Virus record (IMG/VR): IMGVR_UViG_3300042541_003876
Location: 13,742 to 77,741 of that record
Length of the DNA: 64,000 nt
Reading direction: 5' to 3' (one strand)
DNA from: a virus
Part shown: piece after piece, positions 31,601-40,141 of the stretch
Position numbering within the stretch: position 1 is the stretch's first letter
Layout of the letters: each line of letters opens with the position of its first letter
Translations under genes and position numbers: made by a program
The notes under the pieces: generated by a model
Databases searched by the model: none
The model's input: the letters and a program-made list of their open reading frames with translations, nothing else
What the model was told of the DNA's origin: nothing

Positions 31601-34527
31601 TGAGAACCGACAGTTCCCTTGCTTTTATACTCTTCATAATCTTTAGTTGCAAAATTGGGCTCCTGATCAGTTTGCTTAATAGTGGTTTTTGGTTCTGCAG
31701 GTTTTGTTTTGTATTCTTTTGCTTTTTTTAAATCTTCAGATTTTTTCTGTAATTCTGATATTTGTTCCTGATTATTATTAGAGGAATTTTCCGGTTGATT
31801 ACGAACAGCTTCTATTTGTTGATTATAATTTTCAGTAATTTCAGATTTCTTTTCCTGTGTTTCTTGTTTAGCTTGTTCTTGTAATTTTTTATTTTCTTCT
31901 GGATCTAAAGAAATACTTTCAGGCAAAACATTAGTATTTGCGACTTCGCGATCACGCTTGATTTCTAATTCTAAAATTTTCTCATCATTAGACTGAACAT
32001 TACTATTTCCTAATTCAGCAATAGCAATCTCTACATTAGATATTTCAGCATCGATATCTTCTGGAGTAGAAAATGAATTTGCTAATTCTTCAATAGCGCC
32101 ATTAACCTGAGCTTCGATTCCGGTGGTTTTTTCTTCCAGAGAAGGATTATTTTTTTCTTCTAAAGATTGTTGTTCGGCAGCGGCTTCTTTGCCAAAATAA
32201 CTTTTCGCTTTATTCCACCATCCTTTGACTGTTCCAACCATTGTTCCTTCTTCTGCTTGTAATTCCTCGATGATTCGTTGTTGTGCCGTTTCCCGTTCTG
32301 TTTGTGTAAGTCCTGTTTCATTGATAACTTCGGTATAAATGGGATCGATGAATTCTCCAGTAACCGGATCCTGTTTGAATTCTACTTTATATTCAACAGG
32401 TTTTGCATCTTTCCCTAAAATTAAATTTTTTTGGTTTTTCTTTGACGCAGCAATCATGTTCACCAAAGGAATAATTTTTTGCTGATGTTCTTTATCTAAT
32501 TCTGCTTTTTGCTTTTCAAAATTCTGAGTGTCGCGTACACCATTTTCATCAACATAAGTATCGTAAGCATTGGATAATGTTGCTAAAGCTTCTTTATAAT
32601 TATCATTAATTTCATTCAAGTCATCATTAAATCTGATCTCTTCAGCAACATTCAACATGAAAGCTTTCTGGCCTTTCATTTTTAAATCTTTGATTTTTCC
32701 ATGATTCGAAGCAATTTGATCATAAGTCTGAGCAAATCTTTTATAATCATTTTCATCGATTTTATCCTCTTCATAAAGAGTATCAATAAATTCAGTAAAC
32801 AAACCTCCTTTGTTTTCCATCACTGCTTCTGCCATTTGCCGGTAAATATCTCGGCGTTGCGTGTCTTTTCCTTCCGGAGTATTATGAAGTTTGTTAATGT
32901 TATTCCATCGGTCTTCTAATTTAAAAGCATTGTCAGCTTGTTTATTGAAAACTTCTCCAACATTAAAAGCGCCGCCAGCCATTGCTCCCATCGCTGCGGA
33001 AATAACTCTGATCGATTCTGAATCTTTTGATTTGTAATAATCCCAAAATCCGGAAGAGAATGGGCCCCAACCTTTCATATTATAATTTTGAGAAACCTTA
33101 CCTTGGTAATTATCTAAAGAACCATGAATATCAGCATAAGCTTTCATTTTAGACCATTCTTCGTAACTTTCTTGAATAGTTTCTTCAGCACCTTCAGCAA
33201 TCATTTTACCACCAATCTTTGCAAGATTTTGATACAATGGTTTCACAGACTTAGAGATTAACTCGCTTGCTGTTTTTTTAGCGATTTCTGGAGTCATTGA
33301 TTTTACAGCACCTTTCACTGCGCCAAGACCTTTTCCGTATACCAATCCCCATGATAAAATATCAGCAGCCATATATTGAGAATTAGTAATAAAAGTATCT
33401 CGTGACATTTGACCTAATTCTTCTTTGGTAAATAATGGAATTGGTTGACCCTGATTATCTCTTGAAATGTTTCCTTCTTCATCTAATTGATATGCGTTTT
33501 TGTAGGTGTTGTAAATTTCCCCGGCATTTCGAAGACTAACGGAAAGATTAGTAAATGCTCCGGCACCGGTTGCCTGTAATGTTGCAGCAAAACCTTTAGT
33601 TAAATTTCCTTTATCAGTAACGGTAGCACCTAAAATTCCTGAACCTTTTTTTAAAGTATTCTCGACACCTGCTTTTCCCGCACCGGCTGTAAATGCATCG
33701 GTAGTAGTAACTTTTGGAGCACCGATGACTTTTTTTAACAAACCTTTTTTTACAGACTCTTCGGCAACTTCCTCAGCAATTTCAATTCCTGCTTTTTTTC
33801 CTGCTATTTTTAATAAGCCTCCGGTAGCTGCTTTACCAGCAGTTTTAGCTACGGCACCCGCACCATAAGAAGCAGCAATTTCTGCAAGTTGTGGAATAAA
33901 CTCTCCACCATAAGTAGACCAAAATTCAGGATTTAAAAATGTATCAAATGAAAATGTAGGATTTTTTAAATCTTCAGTTTGAAAACTTTCATTTTCTTTA
34001 GCAAGTTTTTTTCCAGCTTCTTGCATCATAAACGATAATTCGTTGTTTGATTCCATCAACTCATTAAACGTTTTATTGAAATTAGCTGGATTCATAGCAC
34101 CTCCTGCAGCCGCATTTACAACTTGAATAACAGAACCCCAACCATCAATAAAAGTTCCTGTACCACGTTTCAATGAAGTCAATCCATTATCAAGAAAAGA
34201 TTCAGCCATAGCAGTTTTGGAAACAGTGTCATTTCCTTGCTGATCATATTCAGTTCCAGAATAACCAATGCGATTTTCCATAAATGGAGCTTCGTTGTCA
34301 GTAATTCTTTTTTCATACTCATCATTTAAACCCTGTTCGGTTCCTCCGGTAGCAGCTATAGATGTGTCAACACCTCTTTGTTGATAAAGAGGTGCGGATT
34401 GTTGTTTTATATTGTTTACACGATTCTGTTTGATTCGTTGTAAAGGAGTAAGATTTTGTGTATTGAGTTTCTGTTGTGATTGTCTGTTTACAATATCTTC
34501 TTTTAATCTATCGAAAAAATCAGGCAT
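22636..34527 (-). CDS. giant virion-associated DNA-dependent RNA polymerase polyprotein (crAss-like) with a zincin-like domain
   Basis: 3963 aa. GSDNDGD (DxDGD, 27085-27099) is preceded by ATRIPSHG, ELVKR, DSGFYI and TPGG. HEASH at 30961-30975. It sits at the end of the cargo gene block. Confidence 0.9.
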   Translation of the reverse strand: MPDFFDRLKEDIVNRQSQQKLNTQNLTPLQRIKQNRVNNIKQQSAPLYQQRGVDTSIAATGGTEQGLNDEYEKRITDNEAPFMENRIGYSGTEYDQQGNDTVSKTAMAESFLDNGLTSLKRGTGTFIDGWGSVIQVVNAAAGGAMNPANFNKTFNELMESNNELSFMMQEAGKKLAKENESFQTEDLKNPTFSFDTFLNPEFWSTYGGEFIPQLAEIAASYGAGAVAKTAGKAATGGLLKIAGKKAGIEIAEEVAEESVKKGLLKKVIGAPKVTTTDAFTAGAGKAGVENTLKKGSGILGATVTDKGNLTKGFAATLQATGAGAFTNLSVSLRNAGEIYNTYKNAYQLDEEGNISRDNQGQPIPLFTKEELGQMSRDTFITNSQYMAADILSWGLVYGKGLGAVKGAVKSMTPEIAKKTASELISKSVKPLYQNLAKIGGKMIAEGAEETIQESYEEWSKMKAYADIHGSLDNYQGKVSQNYNMKGWGPFSSGFWDYYKSKDSESIRVISAAMGAMAGGAFNVGEVFNKQADNAFKLEDRWNNINKLHNTPEGKDTQRRDIYRQMAEAVMENKGGLFTEFIDTLYEEDKIDENDYKRFAQTYDQIASNHGKIKDLKMKGQKAFMLNVAEEIRFNDDLNEINDNYKEALATLSNAYDTYVDENGVRDTQNFEKQKAELDKEHQQKIIPLVNMIAASKKNQKNLILGKDAKPVEYKVEFKQDPVTGEFIDPIYTEVINETGLTQTERETAQQRIIEELQAEEGTMVGTVKGWWNKAKSYFGKEAAAEQQSLEEKNNPSLEEKTTGIEAQVNGAIEELANSFSTPEDIDAEISNVEIAIAELGNSNVQSNDEKILELEIKRDREVANTNVLPESISLDPEENKKLQEQAKQETQEKKSEITENYNQQIEAVRNQPENSSNNNQEQISELQKKSEDLKKAKEYKTKPAEPKTTIKQTDQEPNFATKDYEEYKSKGTVGSHAVDALALQILDGKELTKKQAEVYEAFKTEVDEIVDNPSKFVDNDETLSDEEKIEVKEMMKNISGKKSINEASPAAEENSEEKITVKPANPDMFNDRRDARQEENKFFNKEKIVSSALDIVSNGLNNLRNKKGKAVNFFESDFGTADFEFLSQSIGVSNAMKRVFPDMNINVYSVRNMQETVGVKAMGFALAGQIYIDESKWYQNDVFMHEASHIYYALTKDTEETQRMLRNGFRNKTLVNNILDRYEDKIQYRKKDGEILFREQLFQNFGDLSQEERDSKIEELIKKGFITNIPLIEQEVIADEVFAATLQGPLSDKYNKYFKDSNPSIEDEPRRKFLAKKWWGKIKEQGKNLGNKSEREVFFKTLSEDDQIEYSDNLNSILDQFQNEISGKLISADGRASLEMENNDQISNRLQAIENSIEAERQAFINNETLPQRLASGDLENLIDDIDFNNFFDDDNRFSYVNKITPLITAFTRKMNKGISYINSINGKKANWKNIPYVKADQLRYQMSGLAKVAWSGSDFIRRMEESPYYEVEEFLKHLDKINRGDKNMVMQMFYWHENNTSNISSFKNYVNPSGESQVELNLSNKEKTQYENIMESIKEPFFGNNRKNNSDLQEEYITLNQSLNNIQNNDYTRNDINVITRFLVRNEFGIDSKSLIAANRININGKAYPLDQIIVSLATDQSGNGFIGEIRNVEGARNTKTKQFIKKVGNKFTSGVYKLDSNNASIMKPGIRMVVQGLINENRKYRADYTVMHADNNMHQARIVDNYLSRNFKYLKEDVLRNSKNEFIAKHSLKNTEGKGALSNKFAGFIYDRISNGGDIDLLEYGGIQNAYNNDKRTTLKTSDPVTERLSQFVTFLNTDKAGTYLMDLGRFSDSTRAFYTEMPKTDIADIMKIGKDGIDFTNRAFLDNIYNTHKALGYNGTFDEFKGLLLDSVKDQINFVNDNLTSFKYDKKFQKITDPATGKLNRDGQMKIAEFEMNQIINGTNFTEIFFPSFQMKKANGDNELVKRAKSASSPMFTFPNTRVEPIYLEDIKINELDDFEATDSGFYILEDDAERFRSAGGNMMLLGNSFKLIHTGIERNAPGMLGQNIYNKGFATVLNDEVVIKNPALKGAYELLKARKAKYESKYGKPSMNLLDGTGNYIPMIVPISANKSNNLPDYYNHRTTDENPALMNFQNITDAFESNPEQFQEALNQLDKMYYEGDDFIGADGSNFGIQQVMDIDKDFANTSVQFIKSLTSNIALNENEDFVNDILNDIRNLSEQQLTVGMETLISGTDSEIRTFIKDLIDPNLIDQTQNFLLFNENVSLQTPAVKSIVKNTIANYIKQNGLKIKTPGGILREKPSLFEKEYATSSDLNAESGNVGLNFYQTNSNGTVSKGEVVIPEGMVDGSDSNKRNKLKVRKYFVGTYTEQSSLEEQMKLAKSEANNRGTEVGKVFNASGQHIGFYAAGDTVLATRIPSHGIQSTGVFEVVGTTGEKGNNIQLPNEFKKTIGSDNDGDPIFVQHKGSRTGDWNRILGKIEKHYLNPQMQDEIRLDIDFKEDAQNAVEAAEKVWGKTETDFTLPFSSRGRQKAFEDTLIAKANVGLAANLHTTLGMFRNYGIGIKVPINIDGNYADQFMDAADKSISINSAKNFNIILDNSKNAFANKLGIDTNTIPIAMVLTNLGFDLDQVAVILNSPMIKRYSALKNNNTSAFNKDEKYNVMEKLRTEFGLKRSKFSEINIDTKKIESQEIELYNLINTINQMETELSDISAVLSIHNTMTVNPFEINDVIKNFDNRMNPDNNRHLITNDDFKNSPIVQNYKNVLIKNQDAQKKLDPVYSGNTEAVYNEITSLSTKEMSADNHKALYNALDIFHTAQALGLNNVDREVYEALTKYEIDPATKRQVPGPKNIFNNLAQQITEYKKDFAFYDSKNPNASVTNFESNLLLTQGLNLSLKSSNKYISLNSDFFNNSADDTLRSKMIQEFAALPSELKNDLILYDLMKNGWSGPNSLFPLFESGIKQTVSVMSKENKATDVQLQQLKNKAIFNNPDLFRSYDNVFSYGRNGERNLNPELSVNNESLMASFMKGDPFIFRTKDKSGKDLIQKFQGIDKDTRAQLKLDKESSSTKEYYSNTLLPTIHRLISKSYAGKYNANPNLDYITIKNPATLETGINDRIFNESTARPLDMSKLSDGREMRGDYWNFARLMNKDEYDQVMEYSKEFSENRKISMHQAYVSNKMEADKLKSIINTDSVKTMSNDELLKLYDSRDDIGNKYGNGVGFGNRNKFAYAEIVAPIIKELATRAATDQTMLTGREYDGNDISILQKYFMTGNVPSNHPAVQNLVRRMEGEYKNFLNERSKIVGKINDATNALYKEQLGYEPYGGKGISGNIKNYIKNVETNLFGNKQEIYQKLYGPLMIIIEKDNEGNSYNEMRYKPREVVEREHKAGSISDAQYNFYNISRATTDALKGFALPEGKSGRKDYIPHVAPANWEILSRRGLLGLMVNAKTVDEKINDVKMDIINPVNAMLMKGVSFKEITDIYNGLSAGPNRSNRHALDYIKLKRKAIVLNKKGINQDGSPIFQSPIEIGGALGDVFMDRFASGRSVKSADFPSLDLNKSFVDYAHATLFQHGNENFQGFKKMVPVIDGILAQADANGDKNVSDYVNKVWKQYFIGGQKQSSIPNIPALEAMGITSDKVVDYITKGSLVYWLGWKGLAMGAGVYAVGNVLIGKFNNVVEAGGTDWLKGEKRFWMGKSGKFDITDPFKGIRESMAVLKTAGFMDINIYDDVNMDNKNSVEKNLMNIALFPMTWSEKWIQGVHFLGKLQDEEWETLKNGNPINSNKLTLYEDQIKAVHGRGYQPTDQRMIQMYSWGRAMMQFNRYIPTMFNTLFGKKDIDRYGNVTIGTYTALLETIQKGYRGEWTPKTFVNYYKNLDSNERKKLNSALVTMGLVSSLAAVNTFTDNPAIDKLISDSHLILNSDRLAGKLVPAPVAALNNMF

Positions 34528-34531
34528 ATTA

Positions 34532-36688
34532 TTAATTTTTAGTTTTAATGTAATTTAAAGTTTGTTCCCAACTATTGGCGTTTTCAGCAGAAACATAACC
34601 TTTGTCTTTAAAAAACTGGATCATCCTTCTGTCTGTAGTAGAACCATCCTGCACCAAAGTTCGCAATTCTTTTTGATGTTGAGGATTAGCATTGATTTCT
34701 TGAATTAATTTAAGGAAAGCTCCACTTTGCACCATATCATCATTACTTGTTTTACCACCTGATAATGAATTTGCGATAACATAGAATGAAGTTGAAAGTG
34801 CTCCATATTTATTTCCGGTATTATTTGCTCCCGGAATTTGCTGAGCATGCTGGATCATTTTTGAAGCAACATTTTTATTTAATTGCTGATAAATAGTTGC
34901 AACATTTTGTTGATCTTTTTTCATTTTAGCAATAGTTCCTTGTGCGCTCTTATTAGCTTGAACTCTAGCTTGATGAACTTTGTTTCCATCAGCACCAACC
35001 CATTTAGATAATTCAGTTAATCTGGCTGTTCCGGTAATTGGCACATAAGTTCTTTCTCCATATTCTGATTCCATTGCCATCATTAAACGAGGAACAGGCT
35101 TTTCGTTGGTTTTAATACGTTTGTTGTATTCAGTGGTTTTTTTCTCATCTTTTGTTCCTCGACCTTTACCGCCGCGAACATCCATGATGATAGTTTCCTG
35201 ACCGTTCTGATCTTTTCCGACAAATGTTCCTACAACTCCTAATGGTTTCCAAGTTCTGTTTTCTACATCTTCACCATAAGTTGAAGCAATTATGCCTTTT
35301 TCACTGATATCAGTTTTAAGATTTTCAATTTTAATTCCTTCAGCGGTATATGCGTCACGCATTTGTTTAAGGTCCATTTTGAATCCACCTTTTTCATTAT
35401 CATATTTGAATCCACTCATCACTTTTGCAGCTGACTCAGCTTCGGCGCCATTAAATAACATTTTACTTCCTCTTGGAGCAAAAGCATTCAACATTACATT
35501 TTTAATACCTTTTCCAATTTTACTATCAGTATCCCAGAAGTTTCCTCCGGAACCGTTTTCTTCGTAGTTTTTGGCAAAAATCTCAAATCGATCAAATGAA
35601 TCTTTACCAAAAACTTGTTTTCCGTATTTCTCCCAAACCTGATCATTGATATTATCTACAGTCGGAACTTCACTTTCTACAGCTTCATTCATATTTTCAA
35701 TTTGATAAGCAATAGTGCCTTGATTATCTTCCAATTCTTTTAATTGTTCTTTAGTCATTCCGGAAGTATCAACAACATTTGATTTAGCTCCGTATTCTGA
35801 CTGAACACCAAGTTCATATTTGTTTTGTTCATTTTGATCATAAGCTAATTCTTGATTAAACTCTTGACCAGATTTTCTAAGAAGATAATCTAAATTCCAT
35901 TGTTTATCATTTTGGTCTAAAGTAGCTTTTCTGTATTGTTGATCGTTGGTTTCTTTTTGATAAGATAAATCACGTTGCCAGTTTCCACCTTTAATGTTTC
36001 CATGAGATAATGCTACAAATGATTTTAATTCTTCTTCGGAAGGTGGATATGTTGCTTGTGGGTAAGTTAATTTATAATTACCTAAGAATTTTACATAATT
36101 TTGTGCATTATTTAAAATGTATTCAACAGGAATTGTTTTGTCATAATCGAAATTATTCAAGTCCGGCATTTCAATTTGATTTAACATTCCAGAAAAAGTA
36201 ATTTTACCTTCTCCATTTTTCTGATAATGCTCCAGATTATTCATATCAGTAGCTGTTAATAAATGACCAAAACCTTTTGATTGCATATCTAAGATTCTTT
36301 CCATGTTTTTTTTGTTCTCAATATAAGTTCCAGATTCTTCCGAATTGACAACAGAATTTTTATATTCAGACATAATTTTGTGTCCGCCATTCGCCCAGAA
36401 TTTTCCCATATCATTTCCATTAGCTTTGATATGTTCACGAACCATAGCAGATAATACTCCAGATTTTTGATTAATTCGATTTCTATCTGGAGCCAATAAT
36501 GTATCAGCAAATTTGCTTATTTGTTCTTGATAAGCTGCTTGTTTTAAATCATCAGTTTCTTTCTGAGCTCGGTCAGCTTTCATTTGTTGATCCAGCATTT
36601 GAAGCGTACCTAATTCTTCTTTTGCTTGCTGATTACGATTTACTCCTTGATATAGACCAGAGTAGCCTTTTCCTATTCCCCAATCCAT
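34532..36688 (-). CDS. internal virion (cargo/ejection) protein
   Basis: 718 aa, helical and Q/N-rich, between the lysozyme cargo and RNAP genes. Assigned by synteny. Confidence 0.65.
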   Translation of the reverse strand: MDWGIGKGYSGLYQGVNRNQQAKEELGTLQMLDQQMKADRAQKETDDLKQAAYQEQISKFADTLLAPDRNRINQKSGVLSAMVREHIKANGNDMGKFWANGGHKIMSEYKNSVVNSEESGTYIENKKNMERILDMQSKGFGHLLTATDMNNLEHYQKNGEGKITFSGMLNQIEMPDLNNFDYDKTIPVEYILNNAQNYVKFLGNYKLTYPQATYPPSEEELKSFVALSHGNIKGGNWQRDLSYQKETNDQQYRKATLDQNDKQWNLDYLLRKSGQEFNQELAYDQNEQNKYELGVQSEYGAKSNVVDTSGMTKEQLKELEDNQGTIAYQIENMNEAVESEVPTVDNINDQVWEKYGKQVFGKDSFDRFEIFAKNYEENGSGGNFWDTDSKIGKGIKNVMLNAFAPRGSKMLFNGAEAESAAKVMSGFKYDNEKGGFKMDLKQMRDAYTAEGIKIENLKTDISEKGIIASTYGEDVENRTWKPLGVVGTFVGKDQNGQETIIMDVRGGKGRGTKDEKKTTEYNKRIKTNEKPVPRLMMAMESEYGERTYVPITGTARLTELSKWVGADGNKVHQARVQANKSAQGTIAKMKKDQQNVATIYQQLNKNVASKMIQHAQQIPGANNTGNKYGALSTSFYVIANSLSGGKTSNDDMVQSGAFLKLIQEINANPQHQKELRTLVQDGSTTDRRMIQFFKDKGYVSAENANSWEQTLNYIKTKN

Positions 36689-36690
36689 AG

Positions 36691-39495
36691 TTATTGATTT
36701 AATAATTCTCTAAATTTTTTATTTTGTTCTTCTATTGTTAACCGATCATTCATTACTGTATTAACTGTTTCTGATTGATTTTGTAAAAAAGAATTAATCT
36801 CAGTTTTCATATTTTGATTTTGCTGTGCTTGTTTTTCAATATTACTAAATAAATCACTTCCAATGTTATTTTCAGTTTTAGGCATTAAATCATAATTAGG
36901 TAAAGATAATTCAGGAAATTTTATTTCAGTATTTGGAATTGGAGAAGATGGATTAAATTTTACTTCAGCAATTTTAGCTTTTGGTAATGGCGCCATTTCT
37001 TCTGTAGACACAGGAAACATTTTATCAGGTGACTTTTGCTCTTGATTTAATATTTCCGGAGCTTTAACATTATTTTCTGATTGCTGAAATAATGAAGCCC
37101 AATTTCCAGATTTTTTTGCTTCATTATATTTACCTAAATCAGCCTGATTACCAACATCATTTTTAGCTAAAAAATCTAATAAACCTTTTGATTCATTACC
37201 ATAACCTTTTTGCATAGCAATACGATTAAATTCGATTTGTTTTTCTGGAGAAAGATTTCCATATTTTTCACCCATTTCTTTATTTTGGGTATAACGAACT
37301 AAATTTTCTTTATCAATTTTATCTTTGTATGATTTAGTTCCGGGAACAGTTCCTGAACCATCATCTTTTTTATTAGGATCAAAATCAAACATTTGTTGCA
37401 TCATGTAAGATTTATAAGCATGATTTGCAGAACCTGGTTTGTTTTGTTCGTAATAATTGATATTATCCATTAAAGATTTCCATCCCGCCGACATTAATTC
37501 ACCACCAGCTTGTTTATTTAACATTGCATTTTGATATTGTCTATCACTATTAGCAATATCTTTATTTGCATCAAATTCTGAGACATATTTCATTGCTTCA
37601 CCATACTTGTAAAAACTTTCGTTTTTGGCATTAGCATCTGCTAAAGCAATTTCAAGTAATCCTCTTTGTTTTTGATAATCCAATCTTCCAAGATTCCCTA
37701 AGACTAAATTTCTATTACCGCCAGAAGCGTGAACAATTTGTTCTACGCCAGAAGAGTAAGATTCAGAAAGCATTCTTTTTGCATAAGCTTCATCTTCGGG
37801 ACGAAGTCCTATTTCTGACAATCTTTGTAATTCTCCAGCATAAGACATATAAGCAGCAGAAACCTGTTCATTTCTTTGTGGAAGTTCATTGTCTGCCATA
37901 TCCATTCCTGTCATAATACCAAACATAGAACTTGCTATTTCAGCATAAGGAACGCTTTGTTTATAAGCGCTTGGATCATAATTATATTGCGTAGGCATTT
38001 CAGAATTAGCAAAAGTTTCCATCATTTTACCGATACCCGCATTGCTTTCTTGCTGTTGTGATAATCTATCAAACTCTTCTTTTTCAGCAGCAGTCCATTT
38101 TGATTTATCTTTTTGGCCGAGCTCAGCAAGTCTTTTGTTTTCGGCGGAACCATCAGACAAAGCATTATATGATAAATTTGGATTGTAATTATTTTCTGTG
38201 TAATTAGAAGCTGAACTGTCAATGTATGGATCAGCTGTAGCAGCAGCATCATTTGCAACTTCTGTTACTGTAGAATCATCAATTTCCCAATTTTGTCCAG
38301 GAACAATATAATTTAGTTTTTTATAATTTGAATTTTTTGGATCGTATTTAAATTCCTTAGGATTATAACTATTTGAAATTTTTAATCCCATTATTCCATT
38401 TCCTTGATTTCCTTGAGAAAAATCTGGAATATAAACTTGTGATGGAGAAAAAGTTTGTTTAGTTTTATCACTTCCTTCGGAATTTTCAAAAGCCAAATCT
38501 TTTCCTCTTGAATTATCTTTACTATTAATTAATTGTACATTTTGTCCATGATCTTTTAATTTTGATTGAAGTTTTGTTAATAAATTAATAGTTGAAACAG
38601 AAGTTTTGTCATCTATTTTTTTACCTAAAACAACCTCTAAATCTTTTTTTTGATCGGCATTTAAACTTAAAGTTGGAACATTTGATTCTTTTGAGATATA
38701 ATTTTTACCGTTTTTATCGATATAATTTAAACTATAAGAACGTCCTCCAGTTTTATCAATTTTAGTTCCTAATAAATTACTTAAATTATTCGCCACCCTA
38801 AAAGTAGCTTCTGCATCAGTTTTATTATCACGCCACTTGTTTTTGTTAATCTGCATAATGAGATTATTGAAAGGACCTGTAGCTTCGCCATTTGCATCTG
38901 AACCAATAAAACCCTTATCAGTGTATTTTTTAACCAATTTGTTTTCTTGCTTATCTCTGTCAGAACCAGTATAATTTTTTCTTACGGTAGCAAGCTCATT
39001 ATTGTAATTTCTCCATTCGTTTAAAAGTTCTTCATTCATTGGTTTAGAATTAGAGGATTGATTGTTAGGAATTTTTTTAGAGTATTGTCCTGCATGATTT
39101 AAACGACGAACACTTGATGGTGATGTGTGAGAATCAAATCCCGCATATCTTTCATATTTGCCAAAAGCAAGAGTAGAATCTTTTACAGTTTTAGCATTTT
39201 TCAAAGAATTATAAGCGTCTTTTTCATGATTTTTTAATTCATAATCAATAAACTCTAATTGCATTGCTACTGGAGCACCTTCTAAACTTCTACCAAATTT
39301 TTTTGAAAATTTAGCTTGTCTATCAGGATGCCATTGTGCTAAACCGACAGCTTTTCCAGAATCACCTTTTACTTTTCCAGAAACTACATTAGGATTAAAG
39401 CCTCCAGTTTCTTCTCTAAGATTAGCTATAATACCAATTACTTGGTGATGAGTATAACCTTTATTTTTGAAGAAATTATATATTTCTTTTTCCAT
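36691..39495 (-). CDS. cargo/ejection protein with an N-terminal phage tail lysozyme (Phage_lysozyme2-like) domain
   Basis: GIIANLREETG.FNP...GDSGKAVGLAQW...R...QLEFIDYEL. Confidence 0.85.
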   Translation of the reverse strand: MEKEIYNFFKNKGYTHHQVIGIIANLREETGGFNPNVVSGKVKGDSGKAVGLAQWHPDRQAKFSKKFGRSLEGAPVAMQLEFIDYELKNHEKDAYNSLKNAKTVKDSTLAFGKYERYAGFDSHTSPSSVRRLNHAGQYSKKIPNNQSSNSKPMNEELLNEWRNYNNELATVRKNYTGSDRDKQENKLVKKYTDKGFIGSDANGEATGPFNNLIMQINKNKWRDNKTDAEATFRVANNLSNLLGTKIDKTGGRSYSLNYIDKNGKNYISKESNVPTLSLNADQKKDLEVVLGKKIDDKTSVSTINLLTKLQSKLKDHGQNVQLINSKDNSRGKDLAFENSEGSDKTKQTFSPSQVYIPDFSQGNQGNGIMGLKISNSYNPKEFKYDPKNSNYKKLNYIVPGQNWEIDDSTVTEVANDAAATADPYIDSSASNYTENNYNPNLSYNALSDGSAENKRLAELGQKDKSKWTAAEKEEFDRLSQQQESNAGIGKMMETFANSEMPTQYNYDPSAYKQSVPYAEIASSMFGIMTGMDMADNELPQRNEQVSAAYMSYAGELQRLSEIGLRPEDEAYAKRMLSESYSSGVEQIVHASGGNRNLVLGNLGRLDYQKQRGLLEIALADANAKNESFYKYGEAMKYVSEFDANKDIANSDRQYQNAMLNKQAGGELMSAGWKSLMDNINYYEQNKPGSANHAYKSYMMQQMFDFDPNKKDDGSGTVPGTKSYKDKIDKENLVRYTQNKEMGEKYGNLSPEKQIEFNRIAMQKGYGNESKGLLDFLAKNDVGNQADLGKYNEAKKSGNWASLFQQSENNVKAPEILNQEQKSPDKMFPVSTEEMAPLPKAKIAEVKFNPSSPIPNTEIKFPELSLPNYDLMPKTENNIGSDLFSNIEKQAQQNQNMKTEINSFLQNQSETVNTVMNDRLTIEEQNKKFRELLNQ

Positions 39496-40130
39496 TAGTA
39501 ATCTAAATTAATGTAGTTTAACTGATTTTTACGAAGAGCAGTCAAAGCCTTAATTCTTTTTTCATCTTCCTGTATAGAACCGTCAAGTTCGCGTTTGGTA
39601 AACATTGCTTCATTTTTCAAATCAGTTTGTTTTCTTGTTTCAGTATTTCGTTTGGTGATATCACCAAACGCATCAACTACTCCGGCAATTGTTCCTACTC
39701 CCGCACCAATTGCAGCGCCTACAGGACCACCAACCTGCATTCCTAAAGCACCGCCTTTTAATCCCCAAGTTCCTGCCTGAGCCCATCCTTCTTTTTCACT
39801 ACCGGAAGTTGTAGAAAATCCTTTACCGATTTCTAAAGCGAGTCCAGCGCCTTTAATTGCAGTTTCACTTGTCAAACCATCACCCTTAAAACCTTCTTTT
39901 CCTGAGTCTAAATTTTCCAGCATTTTAGAATCTTCGTCATTTCTTCCGCGTTGAACAGTTTTTGGCGCAGAATTACCAATCTCGTAATTATCAATAGAAT
40001 ATCCGTCACCAATTAAACCACCGGATTCGTTCATTTTTTGAGTAAGATTATCTCTGTTTTTATAAAGTTCATTGAAGTTTTTATAGCTGGTTTTAGCGGA
40101 TTCTAAATCCTGTGTAAATTCGTACGTCAT
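39495..40130 (-). CDS. cargo/ejection protein with a glycine-zipper membrane segment
   Basis: GLKGGALGMQVGGPVGAAIGAGVGTIAGVV. Confidence 0.7.
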   Translation of the reverse strand: MTYEFTQDLESAKTSYKNFNELYKNRDNLTQKMNESGGLIGDGYSIDNYEIGNSAPKTVQRGRNDEDSKMLENLDSGKEGFKGDGLTSETAIKGAGLALEIGKGFSTTSGSEKEGWAQAGTWGLKGGALGMQVGGPVGAAIGAGVGTIAGVVDAFGDITKRNTETRKQTDLKNEAMFTKRELDGSIQEDEKRIKALTALRKNQLNYINLDY

Positions 40131-40141
40131 GATTTTTGATT

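Noticed and set aside
24147-32919. Many short plus-strand and alternate-frame ORFs inside the RNAP gene (and similar ones in other long genes)
   Set aside because: They are shadow ORFs with F/L/S/I-biased composition, typical of the antisense strand of AT-rich genes.
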